Shown here: positions 22,103 through 33,000 of the stretch, piece by piece
How positions within the stretch are numbered: position 1 is the first letter of the stretch
How the letters are laid out: every line of letters begins with the position of its first letter
Source: Camelus dromedarius
Lineage: Eukaryota
Length of the DNA: 33,000 nt
Assembly (NCBI RefSeq): GCF_036321535.1
Contig: NC_087436.1
Location: 74,772,001 to 74,805,000, forward strand
Reading direction: 5' to 3'
Program-made: the position numbers and the translations under genes
Notes under the pieces: model-generated
The model's database searches: none
Told to the model about the DNA's origin: nothing
The model's input: the letters and a program-made list of their open reading frames with translations, nothing else

Positions 22103-22480
22103 TAGTTTGGATTCCCTAAAAAGAAATCGTGAGACAAGGATTTGGGTGCAAGTAAATTACTGGGAAGGTGATGTCAGGAAACAGTGAGAATTAGTGACGA
22201 GACAGGGAAGGCAGGTAAGTCACTAAAATATACTCGTGGGTAGTGACCACTGGGGGCTGCTTGGGCCAGCTCTGCTAAGGACCCTCTGGTGAGACGATTC
22301 TGAGGAATGACCTAGGCAGACTCTGAAAGGGAAGGCCGCCTACTACTGCCCCTCACTGGCTGAGGGTTGTTGCTTGGGCACTTGCTCCAGGATTCTTGGC
22401 CTGCCCTGCACAGCATGGACCTGTGGCTGGAGAAATGAGACACACAGGAAACACTGGCGTGTGGAGCTTCTATCTGTCCA
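22103..22480 (-). mobile_element. ERVL-class LTR (LTR33/LTR16-group), truncated at the A/B junction
   Basis: 'cttagtttggattccc...gtgagacaaggatttgggtgcaagt...gagacagggaaggcagg'. Confidence 0.7.
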
Positions 22481-23148
22481 GTGTTGGTGTTACAGTTTAC
22501 AGAGTATTGTATCATTGGCATTACTTTTGTCGTAACTCCACATTTTTCATCTACATTTCAAACTGCTCAATAATTTTATTGTGAACCAAGCTGATGACAA
22601 AGCCTTGGCTACAGGTCCTTGGATTCTTGGTAGAAGTGTTGCCTTGCCTTTGTCAGTGGGTCCTTGGGGAACACGTGGAGAAGGAGAACTGATGTACCCA
22701 TCCAGTCAGAGGGTCTGCTCTGTATTCATATGAAATCTTCCATATGGAGGTCTGCCTTTCAGGAGCCATCACTCAGGGACCAACCTTACCCCAACCAGCA
22801 GCAACAATTAAGCCTGGAATTCCATGTGAAGGCAAGTCTGCACTTGGGGTCTGCTTAGCTCTTCTGTAGACACCCCTCACCCGGCTTATTTGAATAGATG
22901 GCTCAAAAAAAAAAACAGGTTAAGGTATATGAGCCAGTCATCTTTGAGTAGAGGTCTTGGGGAGTCTTGACTTGATGAGGATTCTACTCCTTAGGACATT
23001 GCTATTGGATAATTCCCTCTGATCTGTGCCTTATAGGACGTGGGTGCTCCTGAGTTCTTCTCCATTCCTGGTGGAAGTGCAGGTCAGGGAATCAGACAAG
23101 TCCAAGGCTGACCTGTGGGCAGACATGCTGGGACTGAGGTCAGTATTG

Positions 23149-23166
23149 TGGCCAGGAGATGGCAAC
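23149..23166 (+). promoter_or_regulatory. CTCF-like motif (unit B)
   Basis: tggCCAGGAGATGGCAac; paralog of 13881. Confidence 0.35.
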
Positions 23167-24794
23167 CCATGATCGTGCAGCAGAGCTCTGTGTTCCTTGA
23201 GAACCCTCAGGTGAGTTGGAGGCTCACTGGGGCTGTTTTGAGAAGGTTTTCTTGGGGAAAGAAACCAGACATAATGGACTAGATGATCCTAAGGGATATC
23301 CTGAGTATACAGTACTGGATGGAGGTGGCTTTTGGGATAGAGAATGTGTTAAGCAAACAGGAAAATGGATCTCAAGCAGATGATGTGATACAAAAGTTGT
23401 TCAGCTGAAAGAAGACAGGGACCCTAGCGGGGGTATGGACTCTGAAGGCCAAGGCAAATCCAAATAAATATCCCAGAGAAGCAAGAGGTAGCTTTTGCCA
23501 CATGTAAGCGGCACGTACCTAGGGGAGTGGATGGTGTCACAGGAGTGAAGGATACCATGTTTCCAAAAGTAGTCAGGCTGCTCAAGCACAGGTATTTACT
23601 TTTCTAAGAACAAACTTATTTCCCTCCTGTGTGTAAAGAGAATGCATCACTGGGATAAATACGTGACTAAGTGTATGTTCTGTGGCTTCATGTTTTGGGA
23701 TGTTGAGGGCAGACAACTCCCTGAACACAGGAGCTTTTCTCGGCCTCTAGGGTTCGTGTAATTTTTCTCAGGTGGGAAAGACAAGGGATGAAGCACAGTC
23801 AGTGAAAGGATTAGACCTGATGGGGAAACAGCAGAGCAGATGCAGCTCATCGCCATCCTCCCCTGCACACGTGTGCAGCTGAACTTGCTGGTGTCACCAG
23901 CAGGTTTTTGCAGTGAGATTTCAATTTTCACACTGACCCTTGGATAGCAACATGTTGCCAATCATTATCACGAATTTCAAACAATAAGTTCAGATTGCAA
24001 GGGTATTATTTAACTTAGGTTCAAAATTCTTTGAATTTTGGGGTCTTCAGGATAAGCTGAAAATTTTTTGATAGAATACTAGTTAAGGTGCTCTATTTTA
24101 GTCAAGACAGTTCTTAGAGAATCCTGTTTTTGACCATCTTGGGGCTAGTCTTATCATATCTGGAAGTTACAGGTAGACAATTCAGCTTGGGTTTTGGACT
24201 GGGTTTAAAACCCTGTTCTGACACAGTCTAGTATGTTTTATAGACACCATTATGTTTACATAAGCAGAGAATGCGTCTACATTGTTTTCAGATCTCCTGG
24301 AAGAGGTAGCAGTATGGAGTTTCCATGAGTGTTCCAGCGATGGGAACATGAATACTTGGTAACACACTTCCCTCTACTAGTTGACTCTGTTGAGATCCTC
24401 CCTGGAAATAAAGAACTTATACAGCCAGTTCTTGAGCTCTGTCCAGACGATTTGATGTAGCTTTGCAGTACTACCCTCTAACTCCAGGAGGAAGACTAAT
24501 TTTTTAGACATATGTTTAGACACACAGAATAGACACTATACAAATTTAAGAAATCTAGGTGAGGCACTAACATGTCAGAAGATAAAATTGGACTCTAGGG
24601 CCATTAAAAGTATTAAGATTTCTCATGTATCTAGGAACTAGAGGAGTCTGGAAACCATGGCATGTTCTAGAGGTGCCAGAACTGGGCGGTCCCCTCATTT
24701 GAGAGGGTGTAGATTGAGAAGAACTGTCATGATGACAACCAGACAACCAGGCAAGGAAGAGGAGAATCATGTTTGTGTGCCTTCTGTCTGGTGG

Positions 24795-25180
24795 TGTAGA
24801 TTGGGTTGTTTGGAATTAGATATTGAGGTGGAGTTTGGCATGAAGGCCTTTATTAGAGATGAAATCCTGTGAAAGGGATGGGAAAGGAAGTGGGATGGGA
24901 AAGCAGTTTGCAGTTAAGTGCAGTGTAGGCACAGCAGTGCTTTGTCCAGACCAGGGGGCATCAGTTGGTTTATGGCCATCCTCCACAGTGGCCTGGAATG
25001 GCTGGCTGTTGTGTGCCTTCTGCAGTCAGTCAGTGGGTGTGACCTGCCATGGAAGGCCATGTCCTTGAAGCATAGACAGATCCTGAAGGAGGAGACAGCT
25101 GACAGCATTCCCAAGAGCTGGAGTAAAATGACCTCCCTTGAAGTGAGTGTTGGAAGAGCCACACCAGGTCATTCATATCC
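24795..25180 (-). mobile_element. LTR16-like ERVL LTR, near-complete (unit B copy)
   Basis: 'ttgaggtggagtttggcatgaaggcctttattagagatg...cagtcagtgggtgtgacctgccatggaaggccatgtccttg...cctgaaggaggagacagctgacagcattccc'; antisense AATAAA. Accounts for part of ORF 24918..25328. Confidence 0.75.
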
Positions 25181-26861
25181 AGTGACTTTGAACTTGACTA
25201 TTTCCTGTGTCTGGCTTGCTAATGCCCATGGACGTGCTCAGCACAGATTCCTCCTGACGGTGACCACATATCCCTCAGAGCCTCCTAAATGGAATCTGAG
25301 ATTTAGGCAGTGGGTTCTTGGCAAGTGAGGCAGAAGACATTGGGGACTGGACTTTGTGCAGTTTCACATCCTATTTGGAATAGAACTGAGGGACAACTAG
25401 TCTTTGAACTTCTTTCTTTCCTAGAAACTAAGATAGGAGGATCTAGTTCATGGGGGTGTAACTCTCAGCACTGTTTCAGAGCAGGTAATTTGGACTAGTC
25501 TGTGTGCCTCAAGCGATACGTGTGTAACTTGTCCAAAATAAGAGTTAAACCTGCTATTTTCTGAGTCCTATATGGACTCATAGGTTTGTTTGTTGTTCAT
25601 ACCACATAGGTTTGTTTTCCTGCCCAGGCCAAATGCATCCAAGTCCTAGGGCCTTTGGTAGAAGGCAGTGTGGGATGGTTACTCTCTGTATTGGTCACTT
25701 GAAGAGACTTTCCAATGAAGAAAAGCCAGGCAGGATTTGTCCCAGTGCCTGGAGTTGAACTTTTTAGGCCCCTTGTCCAGGTCCTCACGTTGGAAGGCTT
25801 GCTGTCCTCAGTCAATGTTCTCATAGGCACAAGGGGCGAGAATCCAAAGTGGGTCTAGCCATGAGGGGCCAGGACTTTAAGAATTGCTTGCCTTGTGATA
25901 ACAAGTCTTCAAGTGATAGTCTGAACTGTTTAACAGAGTATTGGGAGGTTTATAAGGGCTCTGACTGCCTGGAACAACAGTTCTAGAGTAAGCACGGGGC
26001 CCAAGTGAGTTGTGCATAGGTACCAGTTATCTCTTAAGGGTGGATAACCTACACAAAGCTGATGATCCTTAGTGGTAGCACCCCCATGGACACAAATCTG
26101 CTTTTCATTTATAATGACATTGTAAAGGTACGTGACATTCTGAGAAGCTGCATGTTAATGCAAGCTGGAGAAACAAGTCCTGACCCATGTCCTCAATTGT
26201 GCCAGCCCACATCTTCCAGTGTTCCTGACTTGAATTAACTTCCTTGTGTTCTATCAACACAGGATAAAGCCTGTTTGGACCCAGATAGAATGGTTGCCTT
26301 AATCAGCTGAGAAATCTTGACATTGTCTTTTGAAAATGGGATGGGGAAAGGGCAGGTAATGTAGGGAGCCTTCCAGAGAGCAGAGCACTATGACAAAGCT
26401 GCAGGCAGGCCAGGGCCTTGCTAGAACATTCGCGGCCTGAGATGGCCATGCTCTGTACTTCCATAGAGGTCATCCTCCTAAAACCTGGGAACTGTTCTTA
26501 GCACAGGGAGCTACTTCCTATTAGCCCTGATGGCAACGTTGTCCAATAGATTATGGGAGACATGTATTAAATACTCCAGTGGCTGCAAGAAATAATGGAA
26601 TCAAATTTACAAATTCTTGGTTTAGACTTAGAATCAAGTCTTAGCTACTTCCACTTGCTAGTTATAGCTGAGATTCACTGAGAATCCTGTGGCCTGGGTA
26701 CTGTTTCCCTGCTTACTGATAGAACCACCTTATAGGCTTGTTGACAAGTGGCTCATAAAGGATCCATGCCTTCCTACAACTTTGTAAGTCTTAGGGAACT
26801 TGGCAAGTGTTCTAAAAGGCAGAGTGCATTCTAAGTGCACTCATTCTAGAGGCATAGAGGT

Positions 26862-26884
26862 TTGTTGTTGTTGTTGTTGTTGTT
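26862..26884. repeat. (TTG)n microsatellite
   Basis: About 7 TTG units, read directly. Confidence 0.9.
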
Positions 26885-28009
26885 TTGCCAAGATAATAGC
26901 ATTTATTTTAGATTGGCAGAAAGTTGACAACTGTTGGTTATGTATCTTGGTTGAAGAAAAATAGTGGCTCTTTGGAGAATGTTTTAGAGGTGACAGCAGG
27001 GATGGTTTGAGCTGTTGCAGCATTAAGTGCCCAAATAGGGACCGTAGCAGAATGCCAGCAGCATCCACAGAGGTTGTAGCCATTAGTTCCTGCTGAGTAG
27101 GTGGTGTAATCAGCAGTATTTGGTGGTGGGTGTGCCAAGTGTGGGATAACTCACTGACCCAATTCCTGGGTCTCTGAGCAGGGAATCTTGGTGAACGATG
27201 GTGTTATATACCAGGAGGGGTTCTGTTCTCTGTGCAAAGACATCTATTTTCAAAAGTAAAACCAGTTGAAGATGGAGACTCCTATAGGGAGAATGATTTC
27301 ATTGTACAGTCCTTGATTGAATGAGGTGTAAACTGAATTGGGTATTTGCCAATACTGGATTCTCATTCCCCAACTCCTTAATGTCACTAGGTCCTCTTCT
27401 TTCCTGGAATAGTTCTCTGGAGTTGAGAGAGCTTTTCCTACATTACCGCTTGTATGTTTGTGTAACCTGTGAATGAATGTCCTCGTGTTTGTCTCTGAGA
27501 GACTGTATCTGATCTGCCTTTATATCTAGGTGCCTATTTTAAGAAATTAGAGCTGAATGTTCAAAATGTAGGTACAGCTTGCATTTCCTTCTAGCAACTG
27601 CTCATGTACTCCTATTGCTAATGAAGTTAAATATTCTGCAATCCAGCTAGAACTAAGCGTTCTCTAGTTTTTGCCGTCCTTCAATTTGAAATGAGAGAAT
27701 TCTGCCTATTAGGTAATTGAGAACTTTTTGTGCATAATAGGTACTTAAAAATTACCTATGCTAGGCCTTTGACTTCTTACCTTGTGTATTTTATTTGTAT
27801 GACTTTTGAATATTAGGAATATTAGACATGTGTGTCTAATACCTCAACTCATTTGCTTTGATCTCTTAATTTTGCTGGATACTTTCTTGTACTTTTTAAA
27901 ATTTTGTGTTTATCATGTATATAAATTAATCACCGAAACAATTTAGTCTCTCATCATCCTTTCTGCAAGCAAGCCAGTTCTCCTACCTAGAAGAAACTTT
28001 CTTTCCTTC

Positions 28010-28496
28010 TAAAGGATCTATGCATATACTTCAATTTCCACAAAACAGAACCAAACTACAAACAGTATTTTGTGCATAACCCCCTTTAACAGTCTGAAAT
28101 GATCTCACTTTGCTAAAGTGGAGGTGTAGGCAGGCCTGCATTCTTTTCCAGAGGCTCTAGATGGGATATTGAATCCATTCTCTTGACTTCTCCAGCTACA
28201 TGGCTTTTTAAGTTTCTTGGTTCATTGCCTCCTTCCATCTTCACACCAGTGATGGCTAGTTGAGTGTCTTTTAATCCCAGCACTCTGAGTCTTCTGCCTC
28301 TCTCTTCCAGTGTCAAGTCTCCAACTATACCATCCAATTGGGATCAGCTAGGATCATCTCCTTATTTTGTGGTCTGCTGAATAACAACCTTAATTCCATC
28401 AGGCATCTTAGTTCTCCCTTGCCATGTTACCTAATCTGTTAACAGCTTCTGGGAATTAGGATGCAGACCTCTTTAGGGGCCATTCTGCCTACCACA
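28010..28496 (-). mobile_element. MLT1 (MaLR) solo LTR, unit B copy
   Basis: 'ctgaaatgatctcactttgctaaagtggaggtgtaggcaggcctgcattc...ggggccattctgcctaccaca'; same position as the unit A copy. Confidence 0.8.
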
Positions 28497-28613
28497 GAAG
28501 GGAGTGGGAAGCAGTTTCTACCTGGTGAATGACGGGTGCTTGTGAAAGAAGTCACTGAGGTCCACTGTGTTGACTCTGCCCACACAATTATCCTGGGACT
28601 CCCACTATAGTAC

Positions 28614-28673
28614 AGATTGACTCCAGAAGGACTGTGTGCTTGTAGATTGATTCCAAAAGGACTGTGTGCTTGT
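28614..28673 (+). repeat. 30-bp tandem duplication (2 copies, 28/30 identical)
   Basis: agattgactccagaaggactgtgtgcttgt / agattgattccaaaaggactgtgtgcttgt. Confidence 0.95.
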
Positions 28674-29295
28674 TTCCTGTAGAGACTGAAAGGGACAGGT
28701 CTGTGTACCAGAGAGTCTGTGGTTACTCTTGGAAGAAGGACATGATTTTCCTCTGATCTTCCTTTACTTTGACCTGTGAGCTTTTCCTGGGGTTTGTATA
28801 TGTTTCCCTCCCCTTCTAATGTCTGGTTGCAGCTTGAGGTGCTATTAGAATTTTAGGTTGCTTTCCACCTCTTAAGTCTAGATATGGAACATTAAGACTT
28901 AAGGATAGATGCTTAAATTCTTCCCCTGTGGGCTGACCATGTCTCTCTCCTTAGTTTTCTATACTTTAGGACTCATGACTTATAAATTGAATGGTATTTC
29001 TCCTTATGTCAGTTTGGTCATCTTGAGCTTCAGTGTTCAAGTTGCTTTTCTATGTTTAATGAAGCTGCAAGACTGATCTTAGATGTGAGAGGCAAGAAAC
29101 AGGCAGGTCAGACGTGGCATGCCTATACATCTCATACTAGGATAGAAAAAGCATAAATAACGTCCTTGATTTCTACCTAAAATCACACTACCTATGAGCC
29201 CCAGATAAATGTATCAATTACTTGAGTCACTTTGGAGTTAAGACTTATTTTTAGTTAAAATGAGTCTACTCAGATTCATTCCTGCTTAATTTGGG

Positions 29296-29429
29296 TTTTT
29301 TAAAAAAATTTTTGTTGGGGAGGTCAGTAGGTCTATTTATTAGTTTTTCTTAAAAGGGGTACTGGGAATTGAACTCAGAACCTTGTACGTGCTAAGCATG
29401 TGCTCTGCCATTTGAGCTATACCCTCCCC
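29296..29429 (-). mobile_element. Camelid tRNA-derived SINE (Vic-1 type)
   Basis: Minus strand ggggagggtatagctcaaatggcagagcacatgcttagcacgtacaaggttctgagttcaattcccagtacc...aaatagacctactgacctcccc plus an A-rich tail. Imperfect TSD cttaatttgggttt / tttagtttgggttt. Confidence 0.85.
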
Positions 29430-29430
29430 A

Positions 29431-29820
29431 CTTTAGTTTGGGTTTCTTAAAAAACCAGAAGAGAAAGAATTCGGTGCAATGGTAAGATGATGCCAGGAAG
29501 CAGTGAGAGGGAAGTGAGAAGGCAGGTAAACCACTCAAAATATGTTAGTGGGTAATGGCCACTTGGGCCAGCTTGTCTGAGGACCCTCTGGTGGGATAAT
29601 TCTGAGGGATGATCTAGGCAGCCTCAGGGAAGGCCACTTACTCCAGGACTCTTGGCCTGCCTTGTGCAGCATGGACCTGTGGCAGGAGAACAGATGCAAA
29701 TATTGGCATGTGGAAATATCTGTAGGTTTCCTCTGGGTGGCCTGAGTAATTGAGCAAGAGGAGCTAGTGTCTGCTCAGCCTGCTTGGTACACAATTGGAA
29801 CCACTTGTGTCCCATATTGA
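29431..29820 (-). mobile_element. ERVL-class LTR (LTR33/LTR16-group), unit B copy
   Basis: Aligns with 22103-22480 (ttgggccagc..gaggaccctctggtg..cagcatggacctgtggc). Confidence 0.7.
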
Positions 29821-30950
29821 GTTCACATTTCTTGTCTTGAGCGTTCCCCATCCTGAAGAATCAGCCTTTACAAAGAAACTTACAATAAGGTGACTAGTGT
29901 TACAAGGTACTATCCCCACAGCTGCAACAAGTCCCTAGACTGCAGTAGGTACTCATCTGCCTATTTGCCTACTATTCTTCATTCCTCTTCATCCTCTGCC
30001 AGTTCCTCTGCTGCTCCAGATGCTTATTCATATGGGGATACAGATGCTACACATCCATAAAGCATCTGAGCTACCTGAATCTAGGTTGCGGCAATAAGTG
30101 TGCTTATCACCACTCAGTGTCACTAAGAGGCTTCTAGTCAACCCAACAAGTCTATAAATCATTTCCCTACTGCAGCAGAAGTCTATTCATGATTTTCAGG
30201 GTCAGCAATCTCTGAAGTATCATTACATGCTCCCTTTGTCTACTGGCCTACTGGTATAAGATGCCTAGCATGACCAATTGTTGCTTTAGGTCTCTGGAAT
30301 CTATTCTATACCTCCTAGTGGAAGTCTTCCTCTCTGGGGATCAGATCCACTAATCCTGTAGGATCTGACATTTTGGAGACAGGAAGCACCTCATCTCCTA
30401 GAGGATCACAGGGTATAATGGTGACAGGAGCCATCCTATGTCTACCTCTTGGATAGGAATACAGTATTGTAATTTTCAGGGTTAAAATATCAAATAATGG
30501 CTATTCTTTAACTTAGAATATAACTTGAAGGCTATGATGACATTGGGGATATTGAAAGATTGTTTTGAAACCAGCTGAATCATATCCCCGATGGATATGA
30601 GTCAGAACCCCTATGATCTTGAATAACAGTCATCCAAAGACTGACAGTATTGAAGTGTGCTGAGCTCAGGAGGTCCCCGTCATGCTTGAGTTTGAACACC
30701 TCAGAAAGATCCCTTCCAACTAGTCTAGGGCTCTTCTTATCCGCACAAGTGGTCAGGAAGCCACTCCTCTTAAGGCTTTTCCCCTTCAGGAAGTGGTTCT
30801 GCAGGTCATTACAGGGATGGGCATATTCATGGTTTGTAGTGCCCAGGGTATATAGATCTGGCAGGGCAGGTTCAGATGTTTGTCCATGTAACTAGGGTGT
30901 GACCTCACCCTCTAGGAAGAGGGTGCAGCTAGTGGAGTGACTCAGCAACT
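29821..30950 (-). mobile_element. ERVL-type internal region relic
   Basis: 'cctagtggaagtcttcctctctggggatcagatccactaatcctgtaggatctgacattttggagacaggaagcacc...gggtataatggtgacaggagcc' resembles antisense ERVL 3' pol sequence. Confidence 0.65.
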
Positions 30951-31039
30951 TCAGGGTATGCTGAGTGTCTTCATCACTTCTGCTAGGTCTCACAGAAAGT
31001 TGTTCAGACCCTCTAAGGGGATGGTTTCTACTGAATGCA

Positions 31040-32395
31040 TATTGTTTTGTTACCATTATAAAGTCAAAACTGTTTAAATGCAATCATTATAACTAAATAT
31101 TTGCACATCACCAGTCATGTTGGTTGCTCTGAAGCTTCTTCTGTAGTAGATTCCAAAGGAAGGGCTTGTTGGAGCAGCATTCTGAGTCTATGTTAATAAC
31201 TGTAGTATTATTCTTGAGAGTCAGTTCTGTTTTTCTTTTAATCACTTTGGGTTGTATTTTCTTTTATTTATTTATTTTTTTGATAGATGTATACACCAAT
31301 GAAACCACTACCACAATCAAGATTCACCTAACATTTTCTTGATCATATTTAAGGTTTCTACACTGTCTTCTGGCTTAGTGTTGCTTAGTGTTGCTGTTGA
31401 AATTACAAGTTACTTGGTTTTGTCACTGAAGTGCCCTGTCTTGCCCATTATGAGTAGATTTTTCTCTAAAAATTTTGTTCCAACTGAGGAATCATTGTCA
31501 TCTTGGGTTCTGCCCATGTGATAGAAACCATGCTGTGCAGGGAATCGATAGAAAAGGGGAGTGTGGTAGACATAATAGAAGAGGTAATGTGTTTTTTTCT
31601 TCTATTTTGCCTTTTGGTATGCCTTGTAATTTTTTTCTGTGACAGCTAGACACGATGGACTAGGTAAAAGTGTTGCAAATAGGACTTTGGTAATGTGATG
31701 AACAGGAAAAGCGAAAAGCATTCCTTGATCACATGATTAGGTTTATGGCTTTCAGTGAGTCTCTGTGCCTTGAAACTATGAACTTCACAAGGGTTGATCA
31801 GTTGTTCTTCTCCCCCTGTAGGTAGAGTAAATAATTTGAGTTGGAATTGTGTATTTCCCTTCTGGATCAGTTAGGTTCTGATATGCCAGAAAATTAGGCT
31901 CTGGGTACTATTTCCCCTGAGGGAAGACCTTGTCAGAACAGAGTCCTCTAGTCTCTTAAATGGTACCTCTTTCCCTTTCACTGTCAGACACCAGAGCAGA
32001 TTTTTCTGACTACTGCTGTGGGATCCCAGTTGAGCTCCTATAGGGAAATCTCATGATATTGTGAGGGCTCCCTGTGGCTGTGTTCCCCTGGAGTTTTTAA
32101 ATCCCAAGTATATCTGCACTGACTTTCCAGAAACTAGTTAAGTATAGTTCAGGTTTTCCTCCCCTCCTGCTGGTTCCCCCTGTGGTTTCCCATTGAGTCC
32201 CTGCACTTGTAAGCAGGGACTCTCTGTGTTTACCCATTTCTCTCTCCAGTTTAGGGGTGAGAGTTTGCCCTGTACTTGGCCTCTTGAGTTCACGGAGGAA
32301 GAATTATTTTTTTAGCCTCAGCATCTTAAGGGTTGTTAGGACTGAGTGGCCACCTCCAATCTCCATGCATGTGGCACTACAAAGTGGGAGTCTAC
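31040..32395 (-). mobile_element. Fragmented ancient L1M (5' end/ORF1 region, with a short L1 3'-end-like piece at ~31280-31340)
   Basis: 'ctacactgtcttctggctt', 'tttggtatgccttgtaattttt', 'gactctctgtgtttaccc...ggggtgagagtttgccctg...gttgttaggactgagtgg' resemble antisense L1M sequence. Confidence 0.65.
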
Positions 32396-32890
32396 CCTTT
32401 CACCATTTTGAATACTACTTGCTTACTCTCCATAGCCAAAAGTCTGATCTGTGTTCCTCAGGAAGAATTAAGCCTTCACATAGAAGAAATGAGAGGAATT
32501 AGAGAGGCAATATTCAGTTGTCTTTTAAAATATTTGATTTTACATATCAGAAGCTATTATGGGAAGAGCACTGTCAGTTATGATATGACTAAATGCCCTT
32601 GTTCACTCTGGTCAGGGACTGAGAGGAAGGCTAGATTTTGTGGGACAAGTCAGGAGCTCTGCTTTGAAGGCATATTCACGTTGTGTGCAAAATACGATGA
32701 CATCATATGAAATGAGGCAGCTCTTTCTCTGAAGGTTAGAGAATCTCAGACATCACCACCATGTGATGGGTACATATGGGATGTGATTCTGCCTCACGGT
32801 CTAGGAGAAGTTTTCTGTCCCTATTCCTAGTGGACTGGAGATGCAACACTAGGCTCTGTCCTCAGAGGGTTTAGAGGAGATTCCTTGGTA
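31990..32890 (+). repeat. Segmental paralog C2 (copy of 5330-6290)
   Basis: See the C1 anchors; offset ~26.6 kb. Confidence 0.85.
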
Positions 32891-33000
32891 CCATTACAGA
32901 TATGAGAGTGAAGAGGCCTTGGCTATGAGCTGTATCTGTTTAGCAGTTCTCTTTACTTCTGCCTGAGCTATACTACTTGCCAGGCTTGTCTTGGCCCTTA

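Larger units (their letters stand above)
13390..22480 (+). repeat. Tandem segmental duplication unit A (~9.1 kb)
   Basis: Colinear exact anchors to unit B: 13600/22861, 13881/23149 (16 bp), 14080/23359 (23 bp), 14583/23871 (16 bp), 14911/24179, 20209/27307 (19 bp), 20419/27491 (25 bp), 22411/29667. Confidence 0.92.
22650..29720 (+). repeat. Tandem segmental duplication unit B (~7.1 kb)
   Basis: See the unit A anchors. The offset falls from ~9.27 kb to ~7.1 kb because of internal deletions. Confidence 0.92.

Noticed and set aside
24918-25328. 136-aa plus-strand ORF (and the ORFs at 15201-15720)
   Set aside because: Overlap antisense LTR16-like sequence; reading frame not conserved between paralogs.
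32333-32710. 125-aa plus-strand ORF
   Set aside because: Begins in antisense L1M sequence; paralog C1 has stops and an L1 insertion.
1-33000. CRISPR array, tRNA/rRNA genes, intact env or other viral ORF
   Set aside because: None seen. The DNA is mammalian, and the only tRNA-like sequences are the SINE head and the PBS.

Overview
Non-coding, repeat-rich mammalian genomic DNA. A Vic-1-type tRNA-derived SINE at ~29.3 kb points to a camelid. I cannot support any cellular protein-coding gene; the ORFs I could assign are fragments of transposable elements. Main content: (1) A 3'-truncated, minus-strand class I (gamma-like) endogenous retrovirus at 6288-10697. It has one 501-bp LTR, a tRNA-His primer-binding site, a decayed gag with two tandem CCHC knuckles, protease, RT and RNase H, and resembles the HERV-H/F group. 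Integrase, env and the 3' LTR are missing. (2) An old head-to-tail tandem duplication: unit A ~13.4-22.5 kb and unit B ~22.65-29.7 kb, roughly 70% identical by eye, with reciprocal deletions. (3) A second paralogous pair ~26.6 kb apart (5.3-6.3 kb and 32.0-32.9 kb), suggesting a larger degenerate array. (4) Many ancient ERVL, LTR16-like, MLT1, L1M, MER20 and MIR relics, nearly all retroelements on the minus strand. Comparing the paralogs shows an 18-bp micro-inversion, copy-specific palindromes, empty versus filled insertion sites, a shared CTCF-like motif and a weak miRNA-like hairpin candidate. Repeat family names come from recalled consensus similarity and repeat boundaries are approximate; both need RepeatMasker/Dfam confirmation.
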